27,272 nt of DNA from Candidatus Thorarchaeota archaeon (GTDB lineage Archaea; Asgardarchaeota; Thorarchaeia; Thorarchaeales; Thorarchaeaceae). Each line of letters starts with the position of its first letter. Position 1 is the stretch's first letter. The DNA lies in contig JAEOUG010000054.1 of NCBI GenBank assembly GCA_016839445.1, positions 1 to 27,272 of the forward strand. Reading direction: 5' to 3'. The notes below the pieces were generated by a model, which was not told the origin of the DNA, did not search any database, and saw only the letters and a list, made by a program, of their open reading frames with translations. The translations under genes and the position numbers were made by a program. This document shows, in pieces, positions 15,971 to 24,700 of the stretch.

Positions 15971-18142
15971 TCAGCTTGGATGGACTCTTCGTCTGAGGAC
16001 AATGACCACTCCAGCGAGTGAGAGCACAGATACCGTCACAGCTGCGCCCACAACCAGAGGATTGAGTCCTTCGCCCAAGGGCAGACGTAGCAGCCCACCT
16101 TCCGCCGAGTTCATAGCCCAATCCCAAGCCACAAGCCAGACTGTGGCGGCCTCATCATAGACTACTGGATCTATGACGCAGCTCCAGTTTCCTCCTCCAT
16201 ATTCACAGGGGTACACAAGCGGGGTTGAGTTATCCACCTGAACATAGACTGTGACATTCTCTAATCCAGCAGTATCGTCAGTCACCGTGGCCCAGTATGT
16301 GAAGCTGTCTGTTGATGGACGCGCAGGTATTGTACCCCACCGCTGTATCATTGGGGCCACAGAATCATGTCTTGAGTATATCATGCGCTTACTCCAGTCT
16401 CGAGCCTTGCAGAGCATATCATAGCATTTCAACCAGTCCATCTGATTGTAGGCTTCTCGCGCCAAGTCGAAGCAAGTCAGCGCATTCTGTTCGGCGAGAA
16501 GAGTCTCCTCTCGGTCGGTAGGCTCGACGAAGGTTTGTCTGTACTGGAACTCATCCCAGGTGAGTGCTTCCATCTGGTCCAGAAACGTCCCCTGTACCCA
16601 GTCTTTGTCGAAACTGGAAGTGCCATTGTGGTCAGCGAAGTAACCCATCGGGCCATAACTGAAGTCACCTGTATAGTGCTCATGAACCCATGTGTGTCCG
16701 AAGCCAACTGCGTGCATCGACTCGTGAAGTTGTACTGAAGACACGCCGTTCCTTGGCGTTACGTTGTCAGAACGATAATAGCGCTCCCATGATTTCCAAA
16801 TCACAGTCTGGCCGCCAAACTCGCCATTGTAACCCAGACCAGTGTAGGTGCCGTCTCCGTAGTACATCACCATGTTCTGCTTAATGAAGACAACACCAAA
16901 GACACTGACAAGATCAGGACCTGTAGGGATGCGGTAGGGTCGGACAACTTCATAGATATAGTTGAACATCTCTCCTCCGTCTACTTCAGTGACTCCTTCC
17001 TCGTTTACCGATGCCGAACGCCAGAAGGTGTAGTTCCAAGCGGCATCTTGGTTGATGTCGACGAAGTCCAACTGGACATTCCAGTCAATGAAGGGATAGA
17101 GCTCCTCAAGGTGATGCTGCTGCATCTCCGCATCTGTGACCCAGCGAAGGCTATCTACAGAGATTCCGCTCTCGACATCCATGCAAACCACTGTCACCCG
17201 AAGCTCGCCTGAGGTCACATACTTCGCCGGGCTGTGCTGCACAGGGAACAACAGAAACGAAACTATGTCAAACATGTAATTGCGGAGATACACACTGAGC
17301 TGGTTGACACCGGTGGGTGTTCCAAGATCAACCTCAGCAACCTTGTCCTCGAGATCCTTCGTCCAATGATCGTAGTCAGCCCCTATGTAGTCCTGCCACC
17401 AGATACGAGCCCAACGAAGGTACCACTGATTTGCGGATGGATCCAGAGCGTAGATGTTCCCTCTGCCACCGAATCCTGCGTACTGCATCTCGAGCGGCGG
17501 ATTTAGGTCGTGGTCAAACTCAAGTCGGAACCAGTCCTGCATCATCCCCGTGTCGGGATCCTGTGCCGCATAGTCATACCAGTGTTCTAGCTCATGCCCT
17601 GGAGTATCCATGCTTGAGAAGTTGAGAAGATACAGGTTGTATCCCAAGCTTGGTGGTGCGACACAGGGATGCTCCATGAGCCAGTCTTCAAGAGCAATCC
17701 CGTCAATTGCCCGACCATCGCGCGGATTGAAGACCCTGATGGGAGTGCCTGGGTCCCCTCTCTGAATGGAGAGTGCGCTACTATTGAGCTTGGTGCCAAT
17801 GCCTGTTCCGTTAACCGAATTATCGAGAGCAAACGCCCGAAGGGCTGAGGAGTAGCTCTCGTTTGCGTAGTGAATCTGATAATCGAAGTTGTAAGTTATC
17901 CCGACATCATCTGTCTGGTGTAGGCGAGAAGCGGGCATGGTGTTTAGGAGAGTGTCTTCATTGATGTTGTCGGCATCATAGTCGACGAGAATGACGTTGA
18001 GCGTCCAATCCCTCTCGATATATACCAAATCTTGTGACGGAGCATAGGTAATATCGTGTGACGGCTTTGCCTCCGGCACGGTGCCTAGAGGTAGAGTCGC
18101 AGCTAGGAGAACCAAGACGGCAAAGAGCGCAGCACGAGCCAT
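15971..18142 (-). CDS. Secreted, C-terminally membrane-anchored zinc metalloprotease (metzincin), 723 aa
   Basis: Signal peptide MARAALFAVLVLLAATLPLG. The motif HESMHAVGFGH (16694-16726) fits HExxHxxGxxH, with a Met-turn-like GPMGY shortly after. A short helical bundle and an Ig-like domain (ATVTDDTAGLENVTVYV...AWDWAMNS) follow, then TM PLVVGAAVTVSVLSLAGVVIVL and RRR. Confidence 0.88.
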   Translation of the reverse strand: MARAALFAVLVLLAATLPLGTVPEAKPSHDITYAPSQDLVYIERDWTLNVILVDYDADNINEDTLLNTMPASRLHQTDDVGITYNFDYQIHYANESYSSALRAFALDNSVNGTGIGTKLNSSALSIQRGDPGTPIRVFNPRDGRAIDGIALEDWLMEHPCVAPPSLGYNLYLLNFSSMDTPGHELEHWYDYAAQDPDTGMMQDWFRLEFDHDLNPPLEMQYAGFGGRGNIYALDPSANQWYLRWARIWWQDYIGADYDHWTKDLEDKVAEVDLGTPTGVNQLSVYLRNYMFDIVSFLLFPVQHSPAKYVTSGELRVTVVCMDVESGISVDSLRWVTDAEMQQHHLEELYPFIDWNVQLDFVDINQDAAWNYTFWRSASVNEEGVTEVDGGEMFNYIYEVVRPYRIPTGPDLVSVFGVVFIKQNMVMYYGDGTYTGLGYNGEFGGQTVIWKSWERYYRSDNVTPRNGVSSVQLHESMHAVGFGHTWVHEHYTGDFSYGPMGYFADHNGTSSFDKDWVQGTFLDQMEALTWDEFQYRQTFVEPTDREETLLAEQNALTCFDLAREAYNQMDWLKCYDMLCKARDWSKRMIYSRHDSVAPMIQRWGTIPARPSTDSFTYWATVTDDTAGLENVTVYVQVDNSTPLVYPCEYGGGNWSCVIDPVVYDEAATVWLVAWDWAMNSAEGGLLRLPLGEGLNPLVVGAAVTVSVLSLAGVVIVLRRRVHPS

Positions 18143-18166
18143 AGCCAGAGTAAGAGAGGCCGAGAG

Positions 18167-18173
18167 ATATTAA
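18167..18173 (-). promoter_or_regulatory. Putative TATA box for the metalloprotease gene (leaderless)
   Basis: Minus strand TTAATAT ends ~25 nt upstream of ATG 18142, with no SD before the start. Confidence 0.5.
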
Positions 18174-18227
18174 CAATCTGGTTCCCGTAAGCCTTGGGAA
18201 CGGCGCCATTCTGTATATATCCACATA

Positions 18228-18235
18228 TTATATAT
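18228..18235 (+). promoter_or_regulatory. Putative TATA box driving the candidate structured RNA
   Basis: TTATATAT in a strongly AT-rich patch, ending 26 nt before the first base of the predicted closing helix at 18261. Confidence 0.45.
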
Positions 18236-18260
18236 TAGGAGCTATCATCACTGTGGTCAC

Positions 18261-18377
18261 GTGCGTCGGCTGAAGAGAAACTGCTTCGACTCATCCAAGA
18301 GCCCGAGCGGCTGCTGCACTCGTTTCCGCAGGCGAGTGCGTCGACAACTTCGATCCCCAAGAACCTAGCCGGCGCAT
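18261..18377 (+). ncRNA. Candidate structured non-coding RNA (multi-branch, ~117-155 nt), family not recognised
   Basis: An 11-bp closing helix (18261-18271 with 18367-18377) encloses three hairpins: 18281-18310, 18316-18339 and 18340-18354. Several G-U pairs work only on the + strand. TATA upstream, T-tracts downstream. Confidence 0.5.
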
Positions 18378-18390
18378 ATCTCCTCACGCT

Positions 18391-18417
18391 ATCTCCTCTC
18401 CTCCTTTTTCTTTTTTC
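18391..18417 (+). terminator. Archaeal-type oligo-T terminator candidate
   Basis: Pyrimidine tract ending CCTTTTTCTTTTTTC (T5 at 18405-18409, T6 at 18411-18416). No + strand protein gene lies upstream of it. Confidence 0.5.
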
Positions 18418-18488
18418 ATCTCAATGACTCTGATGCAGGTACTCTTAAATTGCGGTCGCGATTGTCGCCGCCTCTTGGAGAACTACCT

Positions 18489-19928
18489 ATGCCTGCAGCT
18501 AAGAGGCCCTCGCTCAAGGAAGTCCTAGACATCAAATCTGTGGCAATTGTAGGTGTGTCAGCCAAGCTTGGGTACTACTGGGTTCATTCGATGCTCCAGT
18601 GGGACCATGAATTGGATGTGCATCTCGTATCGGTCAAGGGAGGCGAGGTCATGGGTAGAAGAATCTTAGAGTCCCTCGAAGAAGTCCCGGGCTCTATTGA
18701 CTACGCAATCGTCGCGGTCCCGTACAAGTACGTTCCCCAGACATTGAAGGAAGTCAGCATGAAGGGTGCCAAGGGAGCTACGGTCTTCACAAGTGGATTC
18801 TCCGAGCTGGGTACTCCGGATGGTCAGAAGCGTGAAGATGAGCTAAGGCAACTTGTGCAGAGTCTCCCGACTCGGGTTCTGGGGCCCAACTGCATGGGTC
18901 TAATGTACCCGAAACTGGGCTTTGCGTTCATGCCCACCGTGAAGCGGCTACCAGGAAGTGTGGGCTTCGTATCGCAATCAGGCGGCGTCGCAATTGCCAC
19001 CTACACTGCGGGCGTCGAGTCAGGAGTAGGCTTCAGCAAGCTGTTCAGTTTTGGAAACCAAATCGACATCACACCATCGGAGATTCTCGAGTACTTTGCT
19101 GATGACAAAGAAACGAAGGTTGTTGGCGGATACATTGAAGGAACCCGACATGGGAGAGCTATGCTTGATGCCCTCTCGAAGCTTGCTGTCAGGAAACCGG
19201 TAGTTGTGTTGAAGGGCGGACGATCTGAAGAAGGGTCTCGAGCGGTGTCTTCCCATACAGGTGCGCTGTCGGGAAGTCGCCAAATCTGGGATGCAGTCTT
19301 CAAGCAGGCAAACATCCAGGTTGTCACAACCCTTGAAGACCTGGTGGCTACACTGAGCGTGTTCTCACTGAGCCCTCCACCCAAATCGAGAAGGCTAGGA
19401 CTTGTGGCGATCAGCGGCGGCACCAGTGTGATCTACACAGATCTGTGCATCGAGCACGGTCTTGAGGTTCCACGGACGTCGCAAGCAACAATCGACAAAC
19501 TAGATCCTCTCATTCGAGACGTGGGTACGGGTCTAGGCAATCCCATAGACCTGGCAGCGGATTACTACCAAGACCAGACGGTCTCAGAGGTGGTTGACAT
19601 AGTCGGTAACGAGGACAGGTTCGATTCGCTCATTCTAGAGGCCGATGTTCACAACATGCATCAAGTGGCTACCATCATGGGGGCTGCCGACTTTCTGCCA
19701 GATTACTGGAGGGCAATGGCAAGGGCAGGGAAGAAGGTGGCCGACAGACTTGGGAAGCCCGTGCTTGTCTCAGTACCAGAGGTGGCGTATCCAATTCCCA
19801 GGGCTGCCGCGTGGAATGTGTTCATAGAGGAGGGGCTTCCAGTCTTTAGGAACACTCGCGAGGCAGTATCTGCTCTGGCTAGAGTATGTGAATACTACGA
19901 GACAAGGGACAGGCGAGAGGCCAGCTAG
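18489..19928 (+). CDS. Acyl-CoA synthetase (ADP/NDP-forming), alpha subunit (CoA-binding plus two ligase-CoA domains)
   Basis: Motifs SVAIVGVS, IDYAIVAVP, FTSGFSELG, RVLGPNCMG, VSQSGG, SFGNQIDI, LKGGRSEEGSRAVSSHTGALSG (phospho-His at 19254-19256), SGG and NPIDL. Start moved to ATG 18489 (GGAG at 18477-18480; TTAAAT at 18445-18450). There is no ATP-grasp domain. Confidence 0.92.
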   Translation: MPAAKRPSLKEVLDIKSVAIVGVSAKLGYYWVHSMLQWDHELDVHLVSVKGGEVMGRRILESLEEVPGSIDYAIVAVPYKYVPQTLKEVSMKGAKGATVFTSGFSELGTPDGQKREDELRQLVQSLPTRVLGPNCMGLMYPKLGFAFMPTVKRLPGSVGFVSQSGGVAIATYTAGVESGVGFSKLFSFGNQIDITPSEILEYFADDKETKVVGGYIEGTRHGRAMLDALSKLAVRKPVVVLKGGRSEEGSRAVSSHTGALSGSRQIWDAVFKQANIQVVTTLEDLVATLSVFSLSPPPKSRRLGLVAISGGTSVIYTDLCIEHGLEVPRTSQATIDKLDPLIRDVGTGLGNPIDLAADYYQDQTVSEVVDIVGNEDRFDSLILEADVHNMHQVATIMGAADFLPDYWRAMARAGKKVADRLGKPVLVSVPEVAYPIPRAAAWNVFIEEGLPVFRNTREAVSALARVCEYYETRDRREAS

Positions 19929-20542
19929 GCCTTCACAAACCAGTTCACCAGTTGAGCATTGAGGCCGTTCATCTCGAGAAGTGCCTCTAGGTAGTCTCTC
20001 CGCTTGGGCAATAGCCAGACATGCTGCATCTCGAAGTCAAAACCCACTATCTTGATGGCAGACTCTACAGGATTGGGCCTGAAGGCAACATAGCCGAAGA
20101 GCACAGTCAGGCCTAGGAAAATCATGTACGGATACACCCATCCTGCGATAGGTTGCCCAGCCCATACATCACTCCCTGCAAACATGAGCGCGAAGACCGT
20201 TGAGCCGAACATGATTGTCGCCAGACATGTTGCTAATCCACGCATTCGAAGCTCCGCCTCATCTGTGATTTTGTGGTCCTCACACACTTCGACGAGGAAG
20301 GTCTTTTGCTGAGGGCGTTCGCCTGAACTCCTTCCGTGGTACGTGAAGGAAGGATTCCAGCGAGAGCTTAGTAGGTGTTGGCTCCTCGATCCAGTGGTTA
20401 TCTGCATCAGAGCCTTGGCCGGAGCGCCACAGACCGGACAGAATTCGGGGAATCTAAGTCTGCTGATCTTCACGCGGACAATTGGCCTATCAGAGTATCT
20501 CCTTCGTCTGGACAATAGTCTGTCACTACCGTTGCTTGGCAT
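19925..20542 (-). CDS. Hypothetical membrane protein with a putative Cys3His zinc site and two TM helices (205 aa)
   Basis: FPEFCPVCG ... VCEDH; hydrophobic segments GLATCLATIMFGSTVFALMFAG and WVYPYMIFLGLTVLFGYVAF. ATG start; the stop overlaps the convergent synthetase stop. Confidence 0.8.
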   Translation of the reverse strand: MPSNGSDRLLSRRRRYSDRPIVRVKISRLRFPEFCPVCGAPAKALMQITTGSRSQHLLSSRWNPSFTYHGRSSGERPQQKTFLVEVCEDHKITDEAELRMRGLATCLATIMFGSTVFALMFAGSDVWAGQPIAGWVYPYMIFLGLTVLFGYVAFRPNPVESAIKIVGFDFEMQHVWLLPKRRDYLEALLEMNGLNAQLVNWFVKA

Positions 20543-20579
20543 CTCTAAACCGCATAAATAGGTCTGTCGAACAAGGAAA

Positions 20580-21725
20580 TCAGAAGCGTAGTAGTGGGTG
20601 TGTTGTGTCGTAGTGACCTAGTGCGAGATGGTTGATGTGTTCCTGCAGACTGCGTGATGCAAGAACAGGGCTGGTTGGTCTGATGGAACGGTCCTCTGTT
20701 GTGGCAAGCTCAAACCCCAGGTCAGAGAAGCAAGTCCTGATGCGTTCCAGTCCCTGCAGGTCGGTCCGGAGACCTAGGCCCAAAGCGGATAGAATCTGAG
20801 AACCGTAATGAGTGCTCCAGAGCCCCCTCAGATAGACTCGACTCGCACGAAGTGGAACTCTTAGCTCGTCTATCTCTCTTTTCCTCTGTTCGACCAAGGC
20901 AGGTATAAGACGAGAGGCCCCGGTCCTCCTCATCAGCTCAGTGTCCAAGAAGAGAGTAGATCCACCTCTCGATATCTGCTTCTCAAGAAGTTCGAGCGCA
21001 CGTTCATGGATTGTGTTGATGGCCTCAGCGTAGCTCATGTGGCTACTTGTACCCTCGAGAAGATCTTGCGGGTTACCATCATAGCCGCTTAGCTCCCCCA
21101 GACCGAGACCTACCATCATCCCGCGCTGCGCCGAGAACCAGTCGTCCCGGGATACTCGCACAAGAACTGACTCAATGCGAGATCTTGTCATGTGCCATTT
21201 CTCAGCTGCGAAGGACTCGTACCCCATCCAGATGATGACTGGAAAGCCACTCCACCGTACGCGGTCCGTTCTCATCAGATAGATCTTCTCCTCAATCTGC
21301 TTTCTGGTCAGCAACCATATGAGAATCGCATCCGCTGTAACGACAACCGAAGAATCCAGATACAGCAAGGCTCTACCAAGGACAGGAGTGATATCTAGGT
21401 GTCTGAGTGTCTTGTTGAATGACAGGTCGATCTGCTGCAGTCTAGAGTTGCCAGCAAGAGGCCACAGATCTAATGATTCGAGCCTGTTCTCACGGGCGAT
21501 AATCGATTCTAGCTCTGAGCATGTGCTCAGAGGATTCAGGTCAACGGTCCCTAGTGCATTGCGTGAGAGGTCCAGAATGGTGAGGTTCTTACAGTGAACT
21601 AGGTCCGAGAGGTCTACCTCTTTGGCGTGCATGTTCCTGAAGCGAATCTCAGTTGCATCAGCCGGATACTCAGGCGCTTCCTGACGGCCGAAGTCCCCGT
21701 CATGCTTTATTCGAATCGAATTCAT
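20580..21725 (-). CDS. Cytoplasmic leucine-rich-repeat protein (~381 aa) with a helical C-terminal domain
   Basis: About four 22-23-aa LRRs: EVDLSDLVHCKNLTILDLSRNAL / GTVDLNPLSTCSELESIIARENRL / ESLDLWPLAGNSRLQQIDLSFNKTL / RHLDITPV. Start moved to ATG 21725 (MNSIRIK) because the longer ORF overlaps the upstream gene. No signal peptide or TM. Confidence 0.85.
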   Translation of the reverse strand: MNSIRIKHDGDFGRQEAPEYPADATEIRFRNMHAKEVDLSDLVHCKNLTILDLSRNALGTVDLNPLSTCSELESIIARENRLESLDLWPLAGNSRLQQIDLSFNKTLRHLDITPVLGRALLYLDSSVVVTADAILIWLLTRKQIEEKIYLMRTDRVRWSGFPVIIWMGYESFAAEKWHMTRSRIESVLVRVSRDDWFSAQRGMMVGLGLGELSGYDGNPQDLLEGTSSHMSYAEAINTIHERALELLEKQISRGGSTLFLDTELMRRTGASRLIPALVEQRKREIDELRVPLRASRVYLRGLWSTHYGSQILSALGLGLRTDLQGLERIRTCFSDLGFELATTEDRSIRPTSPVLASRSLQEHINHLALGHYDTTHPLLRF

Positions 21726-21787
21726 CTCTCTGCCCTGACCTGCACGGGCAATGAGCCTTTGGACTTCAATGTTTGCCTGAATCTCGC

Positions 21788-24700
21788 CTAGCCTTCCAGT
21801 GGGGGTAGACCGCCCGTAACAGGAATCAGATGTCCCTTTGTCACAGCATCCAAGACACAACGGTAGGCTCTCAGCTCTGTGTAGCCCAGAAGCACGACAG
21901 ATCGCACAATCTGCTCTGGTGACAATCCGTGGTCAATCTCCGTTGACGCGAATGCGTCCATCACCGGCCTCAAGTGGTCTGGTATCGTCTTCTTGACGCC
22001 CACATATTTGTCGAGCAGAGCGCCATCGAAGTAACTCTCAAAGAGTGGGTCAAGCACGTTTCTGACCGATTCAGACACTTCAGGGGTCAGACCGGTCGGC
22101 CTTGCGATGTGCTCATCCGAGTCGTATAGGCCACCGACTGCCCGCGCGAAATCCTCAAGGTTCTCTTTGAGCCTCTGTGAAGCTGGGTCAACTGTGATAA
22201 TAGCAAAGATGAGTTGCTCTGACTGGACGGCTGTGATGGCTTCCGTTATGGGAATGGCAGTCCATATTGGCTCGCTCATGGAGAATTCATCCCGGAAGTG
22301 GGATATGGCAGATATGAACGAACCCAGCATTGATTCCTGGAAGACTCCCTTGAGCACCTTGGAGTATACTGACAGTCCTGTGAGCCTCTGAATCGTGAGG
22401 AATCCAAGTAGGTTCTTCACATCGTCGAACCTAGATTTGAGCCCAATAAGCTCAAGGTTCCTTCGAGCCATCACTGACATGTAGTATCGACGGCCGTAGG
22501 TGAGCCCAACACCCACCAGCAAGAGAGCCAGACCTCCAAGGAAACCGGCTCTGAAGGCAATGGCATACAAGGAGCCAGCGTCTGGTACAGTCAACTGGAT
22601 GCTACAGACAGCCGCATCATAGAACGGTATCGTGATGCTGATCTCTATCTCATACTCGCCTGCTGCAAGATCTGAGACGTTGAAGGCGGCCTCCCACCAG
22701 CTTCGAGCAAGGTTAGGACTGAAGGAAACGATTTGCGACGAGAGATTCCCAATGACTGCTGCGCCAGCCAGAATGGCATAGCCGTTATCCTGGTCGTAAA
22801 GGTGGACAGCGGCAGTGAACTCCTCCTCGTCGTCGATGCTCACGCTCGGGGTATGAGGGAAGGCAGTTATCCCATGGTGTACTTCGAAGGCCTGAAGCCC
22901 ATAGGCAACCTCTGTTCCGTTCCTCCAGAATACGACCGAGGCCCACTGACCGATAGAGGCGTTGACTGGGCCGAGAGTCAGGGGCGTTGTGAAGGCCAGG
23001 CTAGAATTGACGACTGAGATGTTCTCTGAGCTCCAAACGGAGCCCGTTGGTTCAAGGATCTCGAAGTATACATCGTTGACTTGACCGACAGTCTGGCTTG
23101 CTGTGCCTATGGTAGCAGAACACCGAAGACGACTATTGCTCCTGAAAACATAAGCTGAAACCCAATGCGAGCTCTCCGGAGGCCAGTCTTCCGTGCTGAC
23201 TTCATATGCGTAGTTGGGAGATTGGCACTCGAATGTCCACCATCCAGCCGACCCAACAAGCCCTGAGGGCACGTGGACACAGCCAACACATGGAATGCAG
23301 GCCTGAGTCACGTCGCTCCCTAGGGGATCCATTACTGCCTCCAGAACCCAGTCGGTCGGATGGATAATCGATAGAGAGAGATCCTCAGCTTCGGCATATG
23401 ATTCGACATAGTAGCACCAAGTGACCGTTGACGGCTCGTTGACTTCTACAGTGAATGATGTCCCTTGTGTTTCGGAACTTGCGGTTGGGGAAGAGCTACC
23501 AAATCGACTCATCCGCGTGACAGCTGCAGAGAACTCGAATGATACCGTAGTATTGGCGGTCACAGTGACTGGAATAGAAACAAGGGTCCAGTAGGTGTAG
23601 TTCAGCACTACGCTCCCTTGACCCTCGTGTCCTGCAAACTCGACGCTCCCAGAGAAGGAGTTGGAGGCACTCAGATCCACACTCTCGAAGGTCGGTGCGT
23701 CTTGCGCTACGAGCGAAACATCATCCAGAAGGAAGGTCAGGTACTGCCCGTTTGTGGCATCGCCATCGAGATCCGGGTCGTCAATAGGAATCTGGATGTA
23801 GCCACCCGGTGTGTCAATCTTGAGAGACACTCTCAGTTCGAACACCGTGGGGCATGAAGGAATGCTGAGCTGAGTAGGACCCAGAGCTAGCCATTCTCCA
23901 CGGCCTGTTATGTTTGTAGGATCAATGCTCCAGGACCAGAGCTCAGTAGAGCCGTTTAGGACTTCGACCGTGAAGTCAAAGAGGCCAGCGAAGTTCTCAC
24001 CTATCGGACCATGCAGATACTGGTAGCCAAGGTCAAGAATGAAGTCCTCGTTGTGTTCATAGTTCTGAATCGTCTGATACCAGTATACTCTCGTACCGTT
24101 ATAGTGCCTGAAACCGTCTGGTGTGGTCACCTCATAACCTTCATTCTCGATAGTAACGTAGCCGTCATCTGCCAGAGAATACGATGTCCGCTGTCTTCCC
24201 AAGCCAGAGATGATCTCGCGACGCGCGGCCCATCCATACGGAGCATACACTCCATCACCATACCAATCCACATTCGTTCCGGGATTCCCGTCTTCGAAAG
24301 AACCATTGAGAGCAATCAGGCGTTTCAGGTTTCGAACCGTGACTGTGACTTCACTCCCACGCCAGCCAAGGGGGCCTCTGAACACATCGAAGCTGTAAGT
24401 GTAACCTCCGGAAGCGTGGAGATCTTCGTCACCCGCCGTGTCTGTGAGGTCCTCTTCGAATTCGTAGTAGTGACTCAGGTATGGCTCCGTCCCGGCGAGG
24501 ACGGCAAGATAATCGCTTCTGATTTCATCCAAGTTCCTCTCTACGGACCAGAACCTAAACTCATCGACGCGTCCGACTACGAAGGAACTTGTTCTCGCTG
24601 CGGAGTTCATGATGTTGTTCTCTGTGTGTCGTCCGATGGTAGAGGTGTACCAGCTAGTAGACGCCGCATCTACCACAGGAAGGGTTTCTTCGTCGCCCCA

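Noticed and set aside
18181-18201. Short inverted repeat GTTCCC-N9-GGGAAC upstream of the protease promoter
   Set aside because: The 6-bp arms are within chance expectation, and no second copy was noticed.
18261-18377. Structured RNA as 5S rRNA, tRNA or SECIS
   Set aside because: The length resembles 5S rRNA but the conserved CCCAUCCCGAAC loop and helix layout are absent. There are no proper D/T arms or acceptor stem, and no adjacent in-frame UGA selenoprotein gene.
21726-21860. ORF-track extension of the LRR gene (MCLGCCDKG...)
   Set aside because: It overlaps the 3' end of gene C by 73 bp and looks non-protein-like. ATG 21725 is more plausible.
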